Source: a virus (taxonomy: Duplodnaviria; Heunggongvirae; Uroviricota; Caudoviricetes). Taken from it: a stretch of DNA of 64,000 bases. Both the position numbers and the translations under genes were made by a program. Shown here in pieces: positions 19,720 to 30,369 of the stretch (within the stretch, counting starts at the first letter, position 1; the number at the start of each line of letters is the position of its first letter). The stretch spans positions 35,694 through 99,693 of the IMG/VR virus record IMGVR_UViG_3300015610_000614, one strand, 5' to 3'. Below the pieces are notes generated by a model, which searched no databases, was not told the origin of the DNA, and saw only the letters and a program-made list of their open reading frames with translations.

Positions 19720-21137
19720 TGAAAGTAATACCTCCAATAAGTATTACTTCTAGCATGTTTACCAGTACCGTATCGGAACCCAGTGCAGGTGAAACTGCCT
19801 GGGTTTCCGGTAGCGGTTATGCGGTTGGCGCTAGAGTAATTAGAACTAGCACTCATAGAGTGTATGAATGTATAGCAACAGTTACGGCAGCTTCAGCAGC
19901 ATCTACAACTACTCCTGAGGTAAGCGTAACAGCTATTACACCTTACTGGGCTGATGCGGGCCCAACAAATAAATATGCTATGTTCGATTTATATCGAAGT
20001 AGCGCAACAACTCCGGGCACTACAGCTATGACAGTTGTATGTACTCCTGGGCAAAGAATTGACTCAGTTGCACTCATGGGAATGAGTAATGTGCAACAAG
20101 TACGTATATCTGCTACTAGTATTAATGGAAAGGATGCTAATTTACTTAATGCATCTTCATTAAACTCTAGCGGTATTACACTATCTGGTACCACTGCCAC
20201 TAAATCAGCTGGTACTTCTGGATGGGATTCTGGGTATACTTCCACTTATGGTTATTCAGGACGTATGAGCTTAACCTTTAAGGTAGGTATTTCAGCTTAC
20301 TTTATGGTTGGTTTAAAGTCTAACCCAACCGCTGGATACGGTTCTGGCAGTATAGATTGGGGGATATACTTTCAAGGTGGTAGTATATCAGTGCTTGCTA
20401 ATGGTAACAATCCTGTAGGTACTACATATACTACTGGAGATACATTTGCTATTGCTTATGATGGTACATACATAAAGTATTATAAAAATGGTGTAGAGTT
20501 TTACAGTGTAACTGCATCCCCTACCGGAACACTATATGCAGGAGCTACTTTTTATCACAACGGCGCCTATACCTATGATATGTATTTCTCTAACTTCCTA
20601 ACGCCAGATGCGGTTTACGACACTGGGTATGTGGGCCTTAATAAACGAAACACCTTAGGATGGTATAACTACTTCTTCTCTAGAATTAGATATGCGGATA
20701 TTTACGTTAAATTTGATATACCTCCTTATACAGATATAGTAGTAACTATAGAATTTATTGGAGCCACTACTATGTATATAGGTGGCACAATACTAGGTAT
20801 GTCTGAGTGGATTGGATATATTCAACGAAAACCTTCTCTAGATACGTTAAACTTCTCAAAGGTAGATAGAGATGCATTTGGTAACGCCACAATGACTCCT
20901 AGACGTAATGTACCAAAAACTAATCAGACACTGTTCTTAGAGAATACATACCTTGCTAGAGTACTAGAGGTTAAAGAGCAGCTCAATGCTGTACCTGCTT
21001 TATGGTGTGGGGTGGATGATATTGGAGACAGCCCTTACTTTGAGCAATTAATGATTGTTGGATTCTATAGAACTTTCTCCGTAGATATAGATAATCCGCT
21101 GGGAGTATTTATAACACTTGAGCTGGAGGAGTTATGA
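19719..21137 (+). CDS. Tail tip/distal tail protein, paralog A
   Basis: 472 aa. N-terminus MKVIPPISITS... and C-terminus EWIGYIQRKPSLD...KVDRDAFGNATMTPRRNVPK...LWCGVDD are shared with the next ORF. Confidence 0.45.
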   Translation: MKVIPPISITSSMFTSTVSEPSAGETAWVSGSGYAVGARVIRTSTHRVYECIATVTAASAASTTTPEVSVTAITPYWADAGPTNKYAMFDLYRSSATTPGTTAMTVVCTPGQRIDSVALMGMSNVQQVRISATSINGKDANLLNASSLNSSGITLSGTTATKSAGTSGWDSGYTSTYGYSGRMSLTFKVGISAYFMVGLKSNPTAGYGSGSIDWGIYFQGGSISVLANGNNPVGTTYTTGDTFAIAYDGTYIKYYKNGVEFYSVTASPTGTLYAGATFYHNGAYTYDMYFSNFLTPDAVYDTGYVGLNKRNTLGWYNYFFSRIRYADIYVKFDIPPYTDIVVTIEFIGATTMYIGGTILGMSEWIGYIQRKPSLDTLNFSKVDRDAFGNATMTPRRNVPKTNQTLFLENTYLARVLEVKEQLNAVPALWCGVDDIGDSPYFEQLMIVGFYRTFSVDIDNPLGVFITLELEEL

Positions 21138-21994
21138 TCGTTATACCTCCGATTACTTTATCTATACTATCTAGCTCTGCTACTGAACCTGTAGCTAGTG
21201 ATGGTACCGCATGGGTAACTGGAACTAGTTATACTCAGGGCACTGTTGTATACTTAGCGTCTAATCATAAAACATACTATTGTATAGCTAATGGAGTAAG
21301 TACACAATCTCCTGACCTTAATATCTATGCTGCAATACCTATGTGGATAGAATATGGGTATACTAATAAGTATACCCTTTTAGATATGTTTAGAAATAAG
21401 GGTACTACAGCTACTACAACATACAGTGTATCCTGTTCTAGTTCTAATAGATTTGATACTGTTGCAATATACAAGGCTACTGCAGATACTCTCGTGGTTT
21501 CTGTATCTAGTAGTACTGTAGGCACTTTCTATACCTACACAGCAACCGCACTAGCTAGTGGCACTGTACTATGTGAGAATATACCACCCTACTATAATGC
21601 CACTATAACAGTTACTGCATCCGGACCAAATATTTCAATATCTGGATTAACAGCAGGTATATCTGAGTATATAGGGTATATTCAGCGTAATGCAGTTTTA
21701 GATAGTAATAACTATTCAAAAGTGGATAGAGATATCTATGGCAACGTTACTTTAACTCGCCGTAGAAATGTACCTAAAATAACTTGCACTACTATGTGTG
21801 AGGCGGAATTAATTAATCGTGTAGCAGAAGTACGAGACGATATAAATGCTAAGCCAGTACTATGGATAGGCTTAGAAAAACAAACAACAAGTACGTACTA
21901 TCAACCACTAGTTTTAAAGGGTTTTTACAGATCCTTTAAAATAGCGTTAGAGGAAATGATGGCTACTATAAGTTTAGAATTAGAGGAGGTATAA
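21134..21994 (+). CDS. Tail tip/distal tail protein, paralog B
   Basis: 286 aa. MIVIPPITLS... and EYIGYIQRNAVLD...KVDRDIYGNVTLTRRRNVPK...LWIGLE are homologous to 19719..21137. Confidence 0.45.
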   Translation: MIVIPPITLSILSSSATEPVASDGTAWVTGTSYTQGTVVYLASNHKTYYCIANGVSTQSPDLNIYAAIPMWIEYGYTNKYTLLDMFRNKGTTATTTYSVSCSSSNRFDTVAIYKATADTLVVSVSSSTVGTFYTYTATALASGTVLCENIPPYYNATITVTASGPNISISGLTAGISEYIGYIQRNAVLDSNNYSKVDRDIYGNVTLTRRRNVPKITCTTMCEAELINRVAEVRDDINAKPVLWIGLEKQTTSTYYQPLVLKGFYRSFKIALEEMMATISLELEEV

Positions 21995-22452
21995 TGCCCT
22001 TAGTAACACCAACAGCGCCCTCAGCGCTATCTACTCCGCCTAGTACACAGGACGTAGTAAATTTCGACTCACGTGCTGATACGTTTTTAGGGCAGCTACC
22101 TGCTTTTAGAACCAGTATGATTCAGCTCGGTAGTGATACATACACTAACGCAGCATATGCACTAGAACAGGCAACCTCTGCTTCCGTTCAAGCAGCCAGC
22201 GCAACTACCCAAGCCGCTAACGCGGCAGCCAGCGCAACGGCAGCCAATAATGTAGCGGGTGCAGGTAAATGGTCCGCAGCTACATCATACGCTGAAGGTA
22301 ATACCGTATGGAGTCCTGTTAACTTTCAAACGTACAGAAAAAGAACCTCAGGTTCATCTACTACAGCTGAACCATCTATAACACCTACAGTATGGGAACT
22401 TATTGGTTCTACTGTACCACACTTTATTTTACAAGCTCAAGGAATAGTATAA
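21994..22452 (+). CDS. Hypothetical tail protein with an Ala-rich fibre-like segment
   Basis: 152 aa, contains AYALEQATSASVQAASATTQAANAAASATAANN. Confidence 0.35.
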   Translation: MPLVTPTAPSALSTPPSTQDVVNFDSRADTFLGQLPAFRTSMIQLGSDTYTNAAYALEQATSASVQAASATTQAANAAASATAANNVAGAGKWSAATSYAEGNTVWSPVNFQTYRKRTSGSSTTAEPSITPTVWELIGSTVPHFILQAQGIV

Positions 22453-22453
22453 T

Positions 22454-22855
22454 ATGGCAGCTTTAGCAACATATGCAAGTACTCCAGTAGGTGCGTTAGC
22501 CCAAGTAACTACTGCTAATACTAATGTAGACGGTACCGGTACTTTGGGTACTACTATGATAAACGTTATACAGGGCTCAACTAACGGTACTCGTATCGAT
22601 AGCATTAGTATAGTAGCAGCAGGTACTGTTGCTACAGATACTATGCTACGTTTCTTCCTATTTGACGGAACTAGTACTAGACTATGGAAAGAAGTACCTA
22701 TTAAAGCAACTACTGCAGATCAGTATACTCAGAATTACGCTGTAGACTTAACTAATCTAGGTTTAGTGTTACCGAATAATAGCTGGTATCTACGCGCGGC
22801 AATCCATACTAGTACCAGTGTTAATATTGCTGTAACCTTGGCAGGAGCATTCTAA
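22454..22855 (+). CDS. Hypothetical tail protein
   Basis: 133 aa coupled ORF. Confidence 0.3.
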   Translation: MAALATYASTPVGALAQVTTANTNVDGTGTLGTTMINVIQGSTNGTRIDSISIVAAGTVATDTMLRFFLFDGTSTRLWKEVPIKATTADQYTQNYAVDLTNLGLVLPNNSWYLRAAIHTSTSVNIAVTLAGAF

Positions 22856-24240
22856 TGAATTTTGGCCTTTATCCCGGAGCTACTCCAGGTTCTAGCAGCG
22901 CGACCGAAGGCTACCCAATTATAGGTCAAGCAGTAGAAATGGGGTACTCTCTAGCTAACTTTACTACTCCAGATGGCAAAGAGTATTTACGTAGTGGATA
23001 TGCTAAAGCATATTTACCTAAATACAGTACGTTTTATACTCGCAATCCTTATGCTTGTTCTTATAATATACAGGCTACGGAGCACGTTGCTGTAACTGGA
23101 TTAACTGTAGATACGGCTAATTTTAATTACATAAATCTAGCTAACGGTAGACATTATATTATACCGACAGAGCCCAGTGCAACTGGATTCGATGGTGTAC
23201 TATTAAAAACGGGTACCTCTATACCTAATATGGCTACTAATACTAGTACTCTATATAACCCAACAGCAGTTGGTGGTAAGGCACAGGCAGTTGTACCTTA
23301 TGGAACCGCGTATGTAGCCGTAGCAATGAGTGGTAATGCCAGCGGTGGGGTTTCTATATTTACTGGAGCTAATACTGTATCTGCAACCTGGACTACAGTC
23401 ACTGCTACTACTAGTATAGCTACTAACGGTAGCACTAGTATACTAGCTATGGCAGGTAGTAGTTTATCTAATGGTAATAGTACTAATATAGTAAGAGGAA
23501 CTTCCACAGCGGGTGGTTTCCCTGCTACAGCAACAGCCGTTACAGTAACTGCAACAGGTATAGGAACTATAGAGTATTCTAAAGACGCTCTAGCCTGCAT
23601 ACCTAATTCTAGCACATATCTACTATTGGGTACTACTAATACAGGTAGCTTCTCAGTACTGTATATATGGAAGTCAGTAGATATTGGGTCTAATTGGACC
23701 TCATTATACTTAGGTAAACTACCTGTTCTTGGAGGTGGTTTAGCTAGTTTTAGAGCTGGCCGCAATTTTGCTACTAACGGTAATATAGCAATATTTAATA
23801 TACCTGGTGAAACTAACTATGGTGCATCGTTGATATGGACTGATGGAAGTACAGTATCTATTATAGATATGTCTAATGTACTACCTTTAGGATACAATTT
23901 AAGTAAGGGCTTATTAAGTTACGATTCAGTTAATAATAACTTTATACTTACCTTCTATAATATAAGCTCCGCAAGTGCTGGATTATTTATGGCGGTATCT
24001 AAAGACGGAAAAAATTGGACACCAAAATTTAATGTGTATCCAGCGTTTCCAGTGGCAGTGCAGTACGCAAGATGTTCTAGGGGTACTACTGTTATGTTTA
24101 CTTACTATGCAACTAATTCTGCTTATATGGATACAGTTATAGATGTTTCTGCATATACTACTAAATCTAGTCCAACACATATAAATACTATTAATCCAGC
24201 AAATGGTAATAGTCTAGGTACACTGTATAGGATAGCATAA
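22855..24240 (+). CDS. Tail fibre-like protein
   Basis: 461 aa, T/S/G/N-rich and beta-rich composition. Confidence 0.4.
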   Translation: MNFGLYPGATPGSSSATEGYPIIGQAVEMGYSLANFTTPDGKEYLRSGYAKAYLPKYSTFYTRNPYACSYNIQATEHVAVTGLTVDTANFNYINLANGRHYIIPTEPSATGFDGVLLKTGTSIPNMATNTSTLYNPTAVGGKAQAVVPYGTAYVAVAMSGNASGGVSIFTGANTVSATWTTVTATTSIATNGSTSILAMAGSSLSNGNSTNIVRGTSTAGGFPATATAVTVTATGIGTIEYSKDALACIPNSSTYLLLGTTNTGSFSVLYIWKSVDIGSNWTSLYLGKLPVLGGGLASFRAGRNFATNGNIAIFNIPGETNYGASLIWTDGSTVSIIDMSNVLPLGYNLSKGLLSYDSVNNNFILTFYNISSASAGLFMAVSKDGKNWTPKFNVYPAFPVAVQYARCSRGTTVMFTYYATNSAYMDTVIDVSAYTTKSSPTHINTINPANGNSLGTLYRIA

Positions 24241-24518
24241 TGTTAATATATATTGACCAACCTAAACCAGCGCATATTACGCTTCTAGCGTTAAATCTGC
24301 GCTTCACTCGTGCAGAGCGCGATGCCGTTAGAGCTGCAGAAATATCAGATCCAGACGTATCAGATATTATGTACCTAATGCGACAAGCTAGTTTTATTAG
24401 CTTAACAGATCCTACTACTATTCAAGGGCTACAAGCCCTTGAATACAAAGGGTTATTGGGGCCTGGACGGGCTGATGAAATATTAAATCAGGCAGTACAA
24501 GATAAAGAAAGGCCCTAA
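24240..24518 (+). CDS. Small protein, paralog of 26173..26553 (fibre assembly/chaperone-like)
   Basis: Shared pattern LxxRFTxxERxAxRxA...DPxxxxLxxLxxxGLLxPGRxDxIL. Confidence 0.4.
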   Translation: MLIYIDQPKPAHITLLALNLRFTRAERDAVRAAEISDPDVSDIMYLMRQASFISLTDPTTIQGLQALEYKGLLGPGRADEILNQAVQDKERP

Positions 24519-24521
24519 TTT

Positions 24522-24764
24522 ATGGGAATGTTAGCAAAGTATATCTTCAACTTATTGGTAGCTCTAGATAGACTTGCCAACACTCTTTTATTCGGGGATC
24601 CTGAAATGACTCTATCTGGCAGAATGGGTATTGCTATACAGGAGGGATCCTGCCTTCTATGCAAACCCATCTGCTGGGTTCTAGGTAAACTAGATAAGAA
24701 TCATTGCCAAAAAGAGGGTGAAAATGAAAAGCACGAAGGAGATGATGAAATATGGAGATGGTAA
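24522..24764 (+). CDS. Hypothetical small Cys-containing protein
   Basis: 80 aa ORF. Confidence 0.3.
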   Translation: MGMLAKYIFNLLVALDRLANTLLFGDPEMTLSGRMGIAIQEGSCLLCKPICWVLGKLDKNHCQKEGENEKHEGDDEIWRW

Positions 24765-25060
24765 TGAAACTCATATCTTACCTATCTGGTAAGATTAAAA
24801 ACTTCGATAAGTACTTACACTTATTAATAGGCACGCTAGTATACGTAGTAACTGCTACTAACTTTAATGTATTAATAGGCCTATGCGCTACAGCTGTAGT
24901 TGCTAGATGGAAAGAAATATACGATAAAGGGCATCCAGATAAGCATACTTACGATGGGTGGGATGCATACGCAACCCTGCTAGGTGTTGTAGTTGGTGAA
25001 GCTCTATTAAACTCTCCTATTAAGTTATACGTAATCGAATTAGCAAACAGATTCATTTAA
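24752..25060 (+). CDS. Hypothetical small membrane protein
   Basis: 102 aa with 2-3 predicted hydrophobic helices. Confidence 0.35.
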   Translation: MEMVMKLISYLSGKIKNFDKYLHLLIGTLVYVVTATNFNVLIGLCATAVVARWKEIYDKGHPDKHTYDGWDAYATLLGVVVGEALLNSPIKLYVIELANRFI

Positions 25061-25061
25061 T

Positions 25062-25094
25062 AAAAATTCCGACCAATGGGTCGGAATTTTTTTA
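25062..25094 (+). terminator. Rho-independent terminator
   Basis: attccgacc aatg ggtcggaat followed by ttttttt. Confidence 0.8.
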
Positions 25095-25096
25095 AC

Positions 25097-25125
25097 TTGA
25101 CTGACCTAATCCTACATGGTATAAT
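25097..25125 (+). promoter_or_regulatory. Consensus sigma70 promoter for the second tail-fibre gene set
   Basis: ttgact at 25097-25102, 17-nt spacer, tataat at 25120-25125. Confidence 0.7.
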
Positions 25126-25167
25126 TAGACCAACTAATGATTATACCAATTATTTAAAGGAATAACC

Positions 25168-25758
25168 ATGGCAGGACCTGCTAAATTAAATCTTAAAATA
25201 TATCAAGGTAATACCTTCAGAGAAACACTGCGCCAGGGAACCTCCTTAAAAGGCTATGCTAATGTAACTGGTATTACTAAAACCGCGCCTGTACAAATTA
25301 TTGCACCAGGAGCCTCCTTACCCGCTGGGTGGAGATTTCAGGTTACTAATGTAACAGGCATGAAAGAAATAAACTGTACTGAAGATACCTACTATACTGC
25401 TACCACAGTTTCTGGAGGCACTATTACTGTAAATGCAGTAAATGCCGCTGGCTTTAGTACTTATACCTCTGGTGGTGTAGTTTCGTGGGCAGTACCTAAA
25501 TCGCTAGCAGGCGTAACGGCCCGTATGCAGATTAGGGCTAAAATAACAGACGATGTTGTTATCAAGGAATTAACCACTGCCAATGGTGGCATCATTATTG
25601 ATGATACCAACAAGACTATAACTATCTATATGTCGGCTGTAGACACAGCAGCCCTATCCTTTAGTTCAGCGATATATAGCTTAGAACTAGTAGAAGGTTC
25701 AGATGTAACCACTATAGTAGCAGGAAGCGTTACTTTAGAGAAAGAAGTAACACGATAA
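25168..25758 (+). CDS. Hypothetical virion protein (Ig-like?)
   Basis: 196 aa, first gene after the promoter, RBS aaggaataaccATG. Confidence 0.35.
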   Translation: MAGPAKLNLKIYQGNTFRETLRQGTSLKGYANVTGITKTAPVQIIAPGASLPAGWRFQVTNVTGMKEINCTEDTYYTATTVSGGTITVNAVNAAGFSTYTSGGVVSWAVPKSLAGVTARMQIRAKITDDVVIKELTTANGGIIIDDTNKTITIYMSAVDTAALSFSSAIYSLELVEGSDVTTIVAGSVTLEKEVTR

Positions 25759-26180
25759 TGGATTTGGTATCAGTAGAAACATCAAATGTACTAGTACCTG
25801 TTGCTAATACTGATACAATAGTATTAGAGCAAGAAAGTATCGTAGCTGGTGAACGACTAGTAGAGGTAGTGGTTACTACTAACGATACTTCTACAATACT
25901 GGTAGAGGTAGAAAATAGCACTGTTATTCTAGCAGGGCAGCCGGGCCCGCCAGGGGCCCCGTCGGAGGATACTATAATGTACTCTAAAAGAGTAGATTTC
26001 AACGGTGATACTTTACTATACAAGGGAGAAGCACTTCCCGGTACACTAGATTCAGCACCTAATTGGAGAATTTCTAAGGTAGAAATCTTGTCCGATGGCG
26101 ATGTTATAACTACATGGGCTAGCGGATCAGCAGATTTCTCATTCATATGGGATAATAGAGCGGGCTATACTTATGTATAA
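25758..26180 (+). CDS. Hypothetical tail protein with a short collagen-like motif
   Basis: Contains GQPGPPGAPSED. Confidence 0.35.
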   Translation: MDLVSVETSNVLVPVANTDTIVLEQESIVAGERLVEVVVTTNDTSTILVEVENSTVILAGQPGPPGAPSEDTIMYSKRVDFNGDTLLYKGEALPGTLDSAPNWRISKVEILSDGDVITTWASGSADFSFIWDNRAGYTYV

Positions 26181-26553
26181 ATTTATAGTTATTGAAAAAA
26201 CAACTGGAACTCCTAAGTACGAGTATAACGCTGACGCTGCCCTAGAACTCGTACTATGGCCGTTCTCTGAATACGATCATGTTCAGTATGATATTGATCC
26301 TACCTCTGTACCTCAAATGTCAGAGATAGTATGGACAAAATTAGAGTTCCTGACTAGATTTACTGTACCTGAAAGAATTGCTATTAGAACCGCAGCTAAG
26401 ACAGACGCGGTAGTAGAAGATTTCATGGCTTTACTAAATATAGCTGAGTTTGTTAGCAGCTTAGACCCTAATCTTAAGCCAGCACTAGATTACTTGCAAT
26501 TGCTCGGAATCCTAGTACCGGGTAGGGTTGATAAAATTCTTGGAGTTTATTAA
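26173..26553 (+). CDS. Small protein, paralog of 24240..24518
   Basis: See 24240..24518. Confidence 0.4.
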   Translation: MYKFIVIEKTTGTPKYEYNADAALELVLWPFSEYDHVQYDIDPTSVPQMSEIVWTKLEFLTRFTVPERIAIRTAAKTDAVVEDFMALLNIAEFVSSLDPNLKPALDYLQLLGILVPGRVDKILGVY

Positions 26554-28538
26554 TGGCAACATATGTTATAGACCACGGAGCTTACACTTATAGTGCAACT
26601 CCTACATGGCCTAATGGAGGAACCCCAGTAGCCCAGGATGGCGATGGGGTTGGTACTGTAACAGCCGTACCATCGGTAGCCACAATAGATTTTAGCACAA
26701 CTACCGCTGTAGCAGGTAATACACTAATAATCGCTGGTGCTACTCTAACTTGTGTAGCATCTGGTGCTGCCGCTAACCAGTTTAACGCTGGGTCTGGTGC
26801 TACACTAGCAGCCAACGTAGCTTCGTCTATTAATGCAGCGACTAATACAGTATCAGCCTCTGCTACAGTATTTACTCCTCAGTTGCGAGATTTCTGCTAT
26901 GCTAGAACCAAATCGGGAGCTACTAGTACCGTTGAAATAATGACTCGTGCTGGAAGTGATAATAACAACTATACCACTAATTCATTCGTCGCTATTACTA
27001 CTAGCGGCATTACTCCACCAGTAGTACAGTTTGCCGGAGGTAGCAGCGGTTTCTGGGGTTGGTTATGGAATCCTAGTGCTTCTTTCATGCCTAGTGCTAA
27101 AGCTGTTGGCGGCTACGGTGTAGGTCTTGTTAACGGTAATACAGCAGGTCGACTATTAGCTGGATCATTGACTACCTCGGCAGATATTGTATGGCTATTA
27201 GCTAATGATAGAACATTAACTCCTGGTGCATCTGTTACATTAAACGTAGTAGGTAATATAAACATAGTACTGGACGCAAATAACGTCGCTAGAGGCGATA
27301 CGCTTGGTAAAAAGTTTTATATTGCTATGCCTACAAATACCAATGTATGTAATATTGTATGCGGTGGGGTATCCTCTGGTGTTGGTAATTACGACATATA
27401 TCTAGGCTCTAATGTTAGAAATGCTTGGTCTATTTCCAATAGTAGCACTACTGGTACTATGGCAGTACAAGCTAACTTAGCGGCTAACGTAGGTATAATG
27501 TTAGAAAATATAGAATTCATAGATAATTCTACGTCAGGGACGATTAAACTTAATAATAGTTATCAAGCTGGTAACAACAAAACCTGGAATATTAGAGGGT
27601 GTAGATTTAGATTTGTACGTTCTACGGCTAACTACGGTTTGTTGGATTTCGCAGGTGTTCAGACTGGTACTATCTATATGCTGTTTGAAGATTGCGAATT
27701 CTTATACGATCTATTAGGTGCAATTCACCCCGGCATTATAAATGCTGCATCAGTTAATAATGGTAGTGCTACGTACAGGCTAGTAAACTGCTTAGGTACT
27801 TCATCCGTATCTTTAACTGCATTCCAGAAATTCTCTGCTACTACGGTTGCATTCTCCGCTTATGCAGAGAATTTAAGAGGCTCGTTTAAATTAGACGTAG
27901 CTTCTCAAGTAGGGTTATTTGGTACTTATAGTACGAGCCCAAAGGTGGGCGGCCAAGATAACGGTTTTGCACTACATCAAAATATCGGCCCTAAAAAGGG
28001 ATTTAGATTAGAGACGCCAAGTACTGTACTAGAGTGGGTACCCGATGGCGGATTTCCTACTCTATCCTCGTTCTTGCCAGATGGTACGTATTGGTCATGG
28101 AGAACCGCTTGGAGTGGCTCAGCCAACCATTACGCAGCTCCTGCTCCAGTAGAGGTAGTATCTCTTGATAAATTGGGGCTTTCTAGTGATGGCATACGCA
28201 CTATTACTATGGAAATGTTGGTACCTTCCGCCGCTGTAGCATCTATTACTAATAAGCACATCTCTCTTGCAATAGCTTATACTAATACTTCGTCTAACCA
28301 GGTAGTAGAAACTACATATCCGACTAATGCACTCTTAGTGAGCGCTACTGCTGTGCCTACTAGTAGTGCTAGCTGGACTCTTAATAGCTATCCAGCGTAT
28401 TCTGCTATTAAAATGTCTATAACTACTTCTGCAAGTGTTAAGGCTAATACAGATATAAGCATTAGACTAAGACTGCATAAAGAATGTCCTACAGGTCCTG
28501 GCTCTATATTTATTGATCCAGAGGTGTATATAGCATGA
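26553..28538 (+). CDS. Large tail fibre/tailspike-like protein (beta-helix-like)
   Basis: 661 aa, G/T/S/N-rich with a repetitive beta-strand pattern. Confidence 0.45.
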   Translation: MATYVIDHGAYTYSATPTWPNGGTPVAQDGDGVGTVTAVPSVATIDFSTTTAVAGNTLIIAGATLTCVASGAAANQFNAGSGATLAANVASSINAATNTVSASATVFTPQLRDFCYARTKSGATSTVEIMTRAGSDNNNYTTNSFVAITTSGITPPVVQFAGGSSGFWGWLWNPSASFMPSAKAVGGYGVGLVNGNTAGRLLAGSLTTSADIVWLLANDRTLTPGASVTLNVVGNINIVLDANNVARGDTLGKKFYIAMPTNTNVCNIVCGGVSSGVGNYDIYLGSNVRNAWSISNSSTTGTMAVQANLAANVGIMLENIEFIDNSTSGTIKLNNSYQAGNNKTWNIRGCRFRFVRSTANYGLLDFAGVQTGTIYMLFEDCEFLYDLLGAIHPGIINAASVNNGSATYRLVNCLGTSSVSLTAFQKFSATTVAFSAYAENLRGSFKLDVASQVGLFGTYSTSPKVGGQDNGFALHQNIGPKKGFRLETPSTVLEWVPDGGFPTLSSFLPDGTYWSWRTAWSGSANHYAAPAPVEVVSLDKLGLSSDGIRTITMEMLVPSAAVASITNKHISLAIAYTNTSSNQVVETTYPTNALLVSATAVPTSSASWTLNSYPAYSAIKMSITTSASVKANTDISIRLRLHKECPTGPGSIFIDPEVYIA

Positions 28539-28945
28539 GCGCTTCTACTCCAACTAGTCAACGCATACCTGGTAGATCTTTCACTGCTATTATAAGTGAT
28601 AGTAGTATTAAAAGAAGCTACCAGGTGGGCTCTGGACAATATTCTTATCAAAAAGTAGAGACAGATTCTATTGGGCAGTTTAGCCTTACGTTACTAAATG
28701 TAGTAGTAGGTAGTGTAGTAAGTATACAAAGAACTTCTGATAGCTCAGAAATTTATAATACAACAGCCAGTGTGTCTACTGTTGTATGTAATCTACCGGC
28801 GTATACTATAGGTAATGCTTCTAATAGTATTGCAATAAAAGTACGTAAAGGATCTAGTGCACCCTACTACAAACCATACGTAACATATGATACCTCTTAT
28901 GTTGGTAATAAGAGTATATATGTATCTCAGATTAATGATGATTAA
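28535..28945 (+). CDS. Hypothetical tail protein
   Basis: 136 aa coupled ORF. Confidence 0.3.
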   Translation: MSASTPTSQRIPGRSFTAIISDSSIKRSYQVGSGQYSYQKVETDSIGQFSLTLLNVVVGSVVSIQRTSDSSEIYNTTASVSTVVCNLPAYTIGNASNSIAIKVRKGSSAPYYKPYVTYDTSYVGNKSIYVSQINDD

Positions 28946-28953
28946 GGGAACTT

Positions 28954-30369
28954 ATGCCAACAATTAATTCAAGCGAATTTTCCATTTCAGCAGCAGGTGA
29001 CATACGTTCCATCTCTGGTTCTACTACATACTCAGTATTAGATCTACATACCTGGCTGCAAGATTTAGCAGATAATGCTGCCCCTATAGGCGATGACTCC
29101 GTATCTATATTAGGTGACAATCCATCAGAGCTTGCTGGTAAGCGATTTACAAATCGTCCTATGGCTTTAACTCTGTTGCCTAACTATAATATAGACGATA
29201 CTACTGCTCAAAGATTTTACTTTGGTTCCATTGAACAGAATAGTGGTAATACACTATATACTGGCGTAAAGTCAATCGGTTCAATCGTTGCTAGTAGTCC
29301 TGTATATATTGTACAAAATAATGCAAAAGCTACTAAGTTTTGGCCTAACGGACATATTCAAATTCTACTAAAAGCCAAAACCGGCGGTACTCTAATAGAC
29401 TCCGGTAACATCACAGTATTCTCTAGAAAGTACGGTCAGACATACTCTCACTTCGATGCCAACCTATCGGCAGGTGGTGAACAACAGGCCGCTCTTTCAA
29501 CCTCTATTGATAGTAATATTACTTTAACGGAAGCCTCGGCTCAGTCTATTCTAAGTACTATAAGTATTACTATTGGTGATACTACCCAAGACTTGGGCGG
29601 CGGGCAGGGTCCTAAGCTGCACAAAGGTACAATAACCTTAAATGGTAGCACTACTCTACTACAGGCATATCATGCACTAATGTATGCTTGTTCTGAAAAT
29701 AGTACAGCTACAGTTAATGCAGTGCCTGGTTGGAGATACCGAACATTAAACGCAGCATATACAGAAAATATTGCTGCACCTTTCGGTACGTTTGCGGGCG
29801 GTAAGTGGTTCGTAGCACAAGGCTGGTGGTTAACCGGAGTTATGGCTAGCGAAAGTAAAAACTATCAGCTAACAAGTCACGACGGAACTATTGAAACTCC
29901 TCCTAACGTAATTGCAGTATCTGTAACTGGTGTTGCATCTGGTGACTATGTAGTAGTAGGTAGAGATAATGGTAGTGGTAACATTAACACTACTGAATAT
30001 ACTGTATCCGCAACTGCTGGTGCTACAGCTGTAACAGTAACCGGGCTTAAAGTAGATACACCTGCAAGTGGTGTAATACGTATAAACGGCAACAGACATA
30101 CGTATACTTCGTGGACAGGTACTACTGTATCAGGACTATCCCCAGCTGTGCCAGGCGGAGGTTACACCTCTGTATCGGCGTTTATTCCGCTGATTGATAC
30201 AACTGCAACAGGTACATCAGTTACTTCCGCCACCTTCCAGTACAGCGCAGATTTTAACTGCGTGTATAAAGTACGTAACGGTTCAGCACCTATAGTACCT
30301 TTCCAATCAACCTTGCAAGTTACTTCTACTGGTGGTAGTGGTACTGCAGTTAGAACTCTAGAACAGTAA
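28954..30369 (+). CDS. Tail fibre/receptor-binding-like protein
   Basis: 471 aa, beta-rich, RBS gggaacttATG. Confidence 0.4.
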   Translation: MPTINSSEFSISAAGDIRSISGSTTYSVLDLHTWLQDLADNAAPIGDDSVSILGDNPSELAGKRFTNRPMALTLLPNYNIDDTTAQRFYFGSIEQNSGNTLYTGVKSIGSIVASSPVYIVQNNAKATKFWPNGHIQILLKAKTGGTLIDSGNITVFSRKYGQTYSHFDANLSAGGEQQAALSTSIDSNITLTEASAQSILSTISITIGDTTQDLGGGQGPKLHKGTITLNGSTTLLQAYHALMYACSENSTATVNAVPGWRYRTLNAAYTENIAAPFGTFAGGKWFVAQGWWLTGVMASESKNYQLTSHDGTIETPPNVIAVSVTGVASGDYVVVGRDNGSGNINTTEYTVSATAGATAVTVTGLKVDTPASGVIRINGNRHTYTSWTGTTVSGLSPAVPGGGYTSVSAFIPLIDTTATGTSVTSATFQYSADFNCVYKVRNGSAPIVPFQSTLQVTSTGGSGTAVRTLEQ

